Source: Vicugna vicugna (Eukaryota). Taken from it: 64,000 nt of DNA. The stretch lies in contig MU058065.1 of assembly GCA_013265495.1 (NCBI GenBank), forward strand, positions 8,060,302 through 8,124,301, read 5' to 3'. This document shows, piece after piece, positions 61,417-64,000 of the stretch. The notes below the pieces were generated by a model. It was not told where the DNA came from and did not search any database. It worked only from the letters and a program-made list of their open reading frames with translations. A program made the position numbers and the translations under genes. How positions within the stretch are numbered: position 1 is the first letter of the stretch; every line of letters starts with the position of its first letter.

Positions 61417-61614
61417 AGTCTTTTCCAAGGTTTGGTCCTCAGACCACCTGTATCAGGATAAATCAAAGACACTTCTTAAAAATGCAGATTTTGAGACCCT
61501 ACCCCAAACCTACTGAGTCAGAGTTCCTAGGGTTGGGCCTAGGAATCTGCCTTTTAAAAACAATCTCTCTATCAGGTTCTAATTCTAAGGTACCCTAGAA
61601 TTTGAGAGCCACTG
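61417..61614. mobile_element. MER5B-like hAT MITE
   Basis: ttaaaaatgcagatt...ccccaaacctactgagtcagag...aggaatctgcctttt...tttgagagccactg. Confidence 0.75.
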
Positions 61615-61799
61615 CTCAGCATTTGCTTTGGAGCCCAACTTGGGTCCATGTTCCTTCTCACAATGTGACCATGACAGGCACATCCCTTACCTTCCTTTTA
61701 TGATCTGTTACCACACACCTAATGCACCGATGAGGAAGCAAGCCCACAGAAGATGGTCCTCTGCTGGGCTCCCATTGCACCTAGGTTCCTCCTAGCACA

Positions 61800-61962
61800 T
61801 CAAGTACCACCTCATGGTATTATTAATTGTCTTGACTGATGGTCTATCTTCCTGTATAGGCTGTGAAGGCAGAAAATATACCTCAGTCAGCTTTGTGTCC
61901 CTAATGCAAACCATAGTACCTGACACGTGGTAATCATTCACTGTTTGTTGAATGAATGGATA
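61800..61962 (+). mobile_element. L2 3' end
   Basis: atagtacctgacacgtggtaatc...tgttgaatgaatgga tail. Confidence 0.65.
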
Positions 61963-63389
61963 AATTGACTTGAGTTGCTTGAGAGCCACTTGCTAATCAA
62001 TGATGCTGTGAGGGCTACAGCCCAGGTGGTAATTTCTCATGAAACTTTAAATCTTCTGACATTGCCATCCCAGCAGCCATTTTTCTCCCATTCTTTCAGA
62101 GGAAGATGGAATTTCCTTTTTTTTCTTCTTTTTTTTGCCAAAAGCAGGTCTGAGGTATGGGACAGCAACTCATTCTTCTCACCCCAGTGAATTCCACTGT
62201 GAAACAGGGATTGCTATCCAGGTACCTAACTGGGAGGGGAGTGAGGGCAGGATGAAGGCAGATCACTTAGAAGTTGTGATGTGGCAATCATTCAGAAGTG
62301 TTGTAGCCCAGACAGTGATGTAAAGGGCTCAGCAGCCTCCAGACAAAACATTCATACTTCTTGGCACTGGGAGGCAGGGAAGCTGGGTTGAGATGCCAGT
62401 AGGCTCCCACCTGTCTTCCTCCTCCAAACATGACCCTTTGACTTGCAGGCTTGCCCCCTTGTGCTACAGTTTCAGTGAAGCCTGGCAAGGAGACCCTGTG
62501 TTGGGATAACTAACCCCAATTCCCCATCAACACTCCAGCCCACTGATGTCTCTCCAAGGGACCTCAATCCACATGCCTTTCTTCACATAAGGGTTCACCC
62601 CAAGAACTCAGTCCCAAGTTTAGCCAGTTTGCTTAAGGTTGCTGCTCTGGGAAGAAGAGAAGGAGTTCGCCAAAGACTTTCAGTTTGTTTCTGTGTGAAA
62701 CGTTCTATTCTAGCTCTTTCTATGTGCTAGGCACTGTCTACATTCCCCTGCAGTTTATTGAGATAAACAGAACTTGGACCCCAACCTGATTGCTCAGATG
62801 AAAGACAGACATTCACACACATTTAACACACCCCTTGCCAGGTCATCATTCAGGGGACAGTTTCAGACCTCACCGTATCCTGCCTGAACAACTTCTACCC
62901 TTTGATGTCTCTGGAGAAGCCAAATCTTGGGTGGTGGTGTTTTAGTGCTCATAGGGCCTACGTGACGAGAGGCACGAAGCTCCAGAGGGTGACCTGCATG
63001 CCTCAGTGTCACAGAATCTCAGGTCTCCCCCCAAAGCGTCCCTGCACAGGAATCTAGAAACAGCAAGAATGCTCCTGCCTCCCTCACACGTCTCACTCCT
63101 GCTCTGTCTGTCTGCAGTCTCCTCACCTCCCTTGTTTCACCTCTGACTCACACTTGACTGTATCTCTCAGTTTTCACTAATCTGGAAACCTCCTGTGATG
63201 CTATTATAGGGGTGTTGTCAGACAAGAATGGAGAGTTTCTCCCACCCCCCACAAAATCTGCAGGGGATTAAGAAGACTTGTGAGTCCCAAGACATTAGGA
63301 CAGCAAACATCAAGGGGTCTGCTCAGGAGCCCTGTCCTCTGCCCAGAGACACTTTGTTTATTTCTTTGTTTGTATTTATTTAAGACAAA

Positions 63390-63840
63390 GGGGAAGGTAC
63401 TGGCTCAGGTGTAAGCTGAAAATTCTAACATGGAGCTGAGGCATGATGAAGAGACATTACTTATTTCTCTAGGCCCTGATTTCTCTCTCCTTGTCTCTCA
63501 ACTCTGCTAACTCTGCTTGGCTCCATCTCAGATCTGCTCTCCCTTGGGGTGGCGAGATGGCCACAGCAGCCCAGGCCCTCACCTCACCTCTAGTCCAATT
63601 CCAATGGAAGTGCCAGGACTGGTCCTCGCTGGTCCTAGTTGGTCTGGATTGGGTCATATGACTACTCCCAAACCTATTACCATTGTCAGGAGAACGCAGT
63701 TCACCCATTGGCGAGACCTGAGCTTCCGGCCACCATTCCCCCAGGGGTGGAGTCAGCTCCATCAGGACCCCACAGAATGGAAGAAAAATGGAAACAGAGA
63801 AAATGAATGCTGATGACCAAAATCAGCAAATGTCTGTAAC
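63390..63840 (-). mobile_element. Old MLT1 (J/K/L-type) LTR remnant
   Basis: agatggccacagcagc...ggattgggtcatatgactactccca...cattggcgagacctg motifs. Confidence 0.5.
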
Positions 63841-64000
63841 AACTAATATTTTGAGTACCATAAACAATTTACATGCATTATGTTGTTTAGCACATATCCC
63901 ATAAGATATCTATAACTAATGGTAAGAAAATCCAAATTTTATCCCAACTGACGGAGAAGGTGTGAGAATCCAGCTCTTCCTGCTTTCAGAGCTATTCTCA

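Overview
Mammalian genomic DNA, probably a camelid: the SINEs are tRNA-derived and Vic-1-like, and the IGFBP2 protein is artiodactyl-type. The only supportable host gene is IGFBP2 on the minus strand. Coding exon 1 (4105-4549) lies in a CpG island, intron 1 runs off the left edge, and the other ~59 kb is upstream intergenic DNA rich in interspersed repeats (MIR, L2, L1, MaLR/ERVL LTRs, hAT MITEs). The most informative structure is a ~6.3 kb two-LTR ERV1-class non-autonomous provirus (22603-28909, minus). It has a 4-bp TSD, a tRNA-Leu PBS, a PPT, decayed gag-MA and env-TM remnants and no recognisable pol. It also carries a 44-bp leader array of ETS-IRF/forkhead motifs and an L1-retroposed, polyadenylated MLT1A-type fragment. 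A solo LTR of the same family is at 57151-57612 and a decayed mariner transposase N-terminus is at 49049-49235. I found no CRISPR array, RNA gene or new protein-coding system; nearly all ORFs in the track are noise. Repeat family names come from recognition by eye and old-repeat boundaries are approximate.
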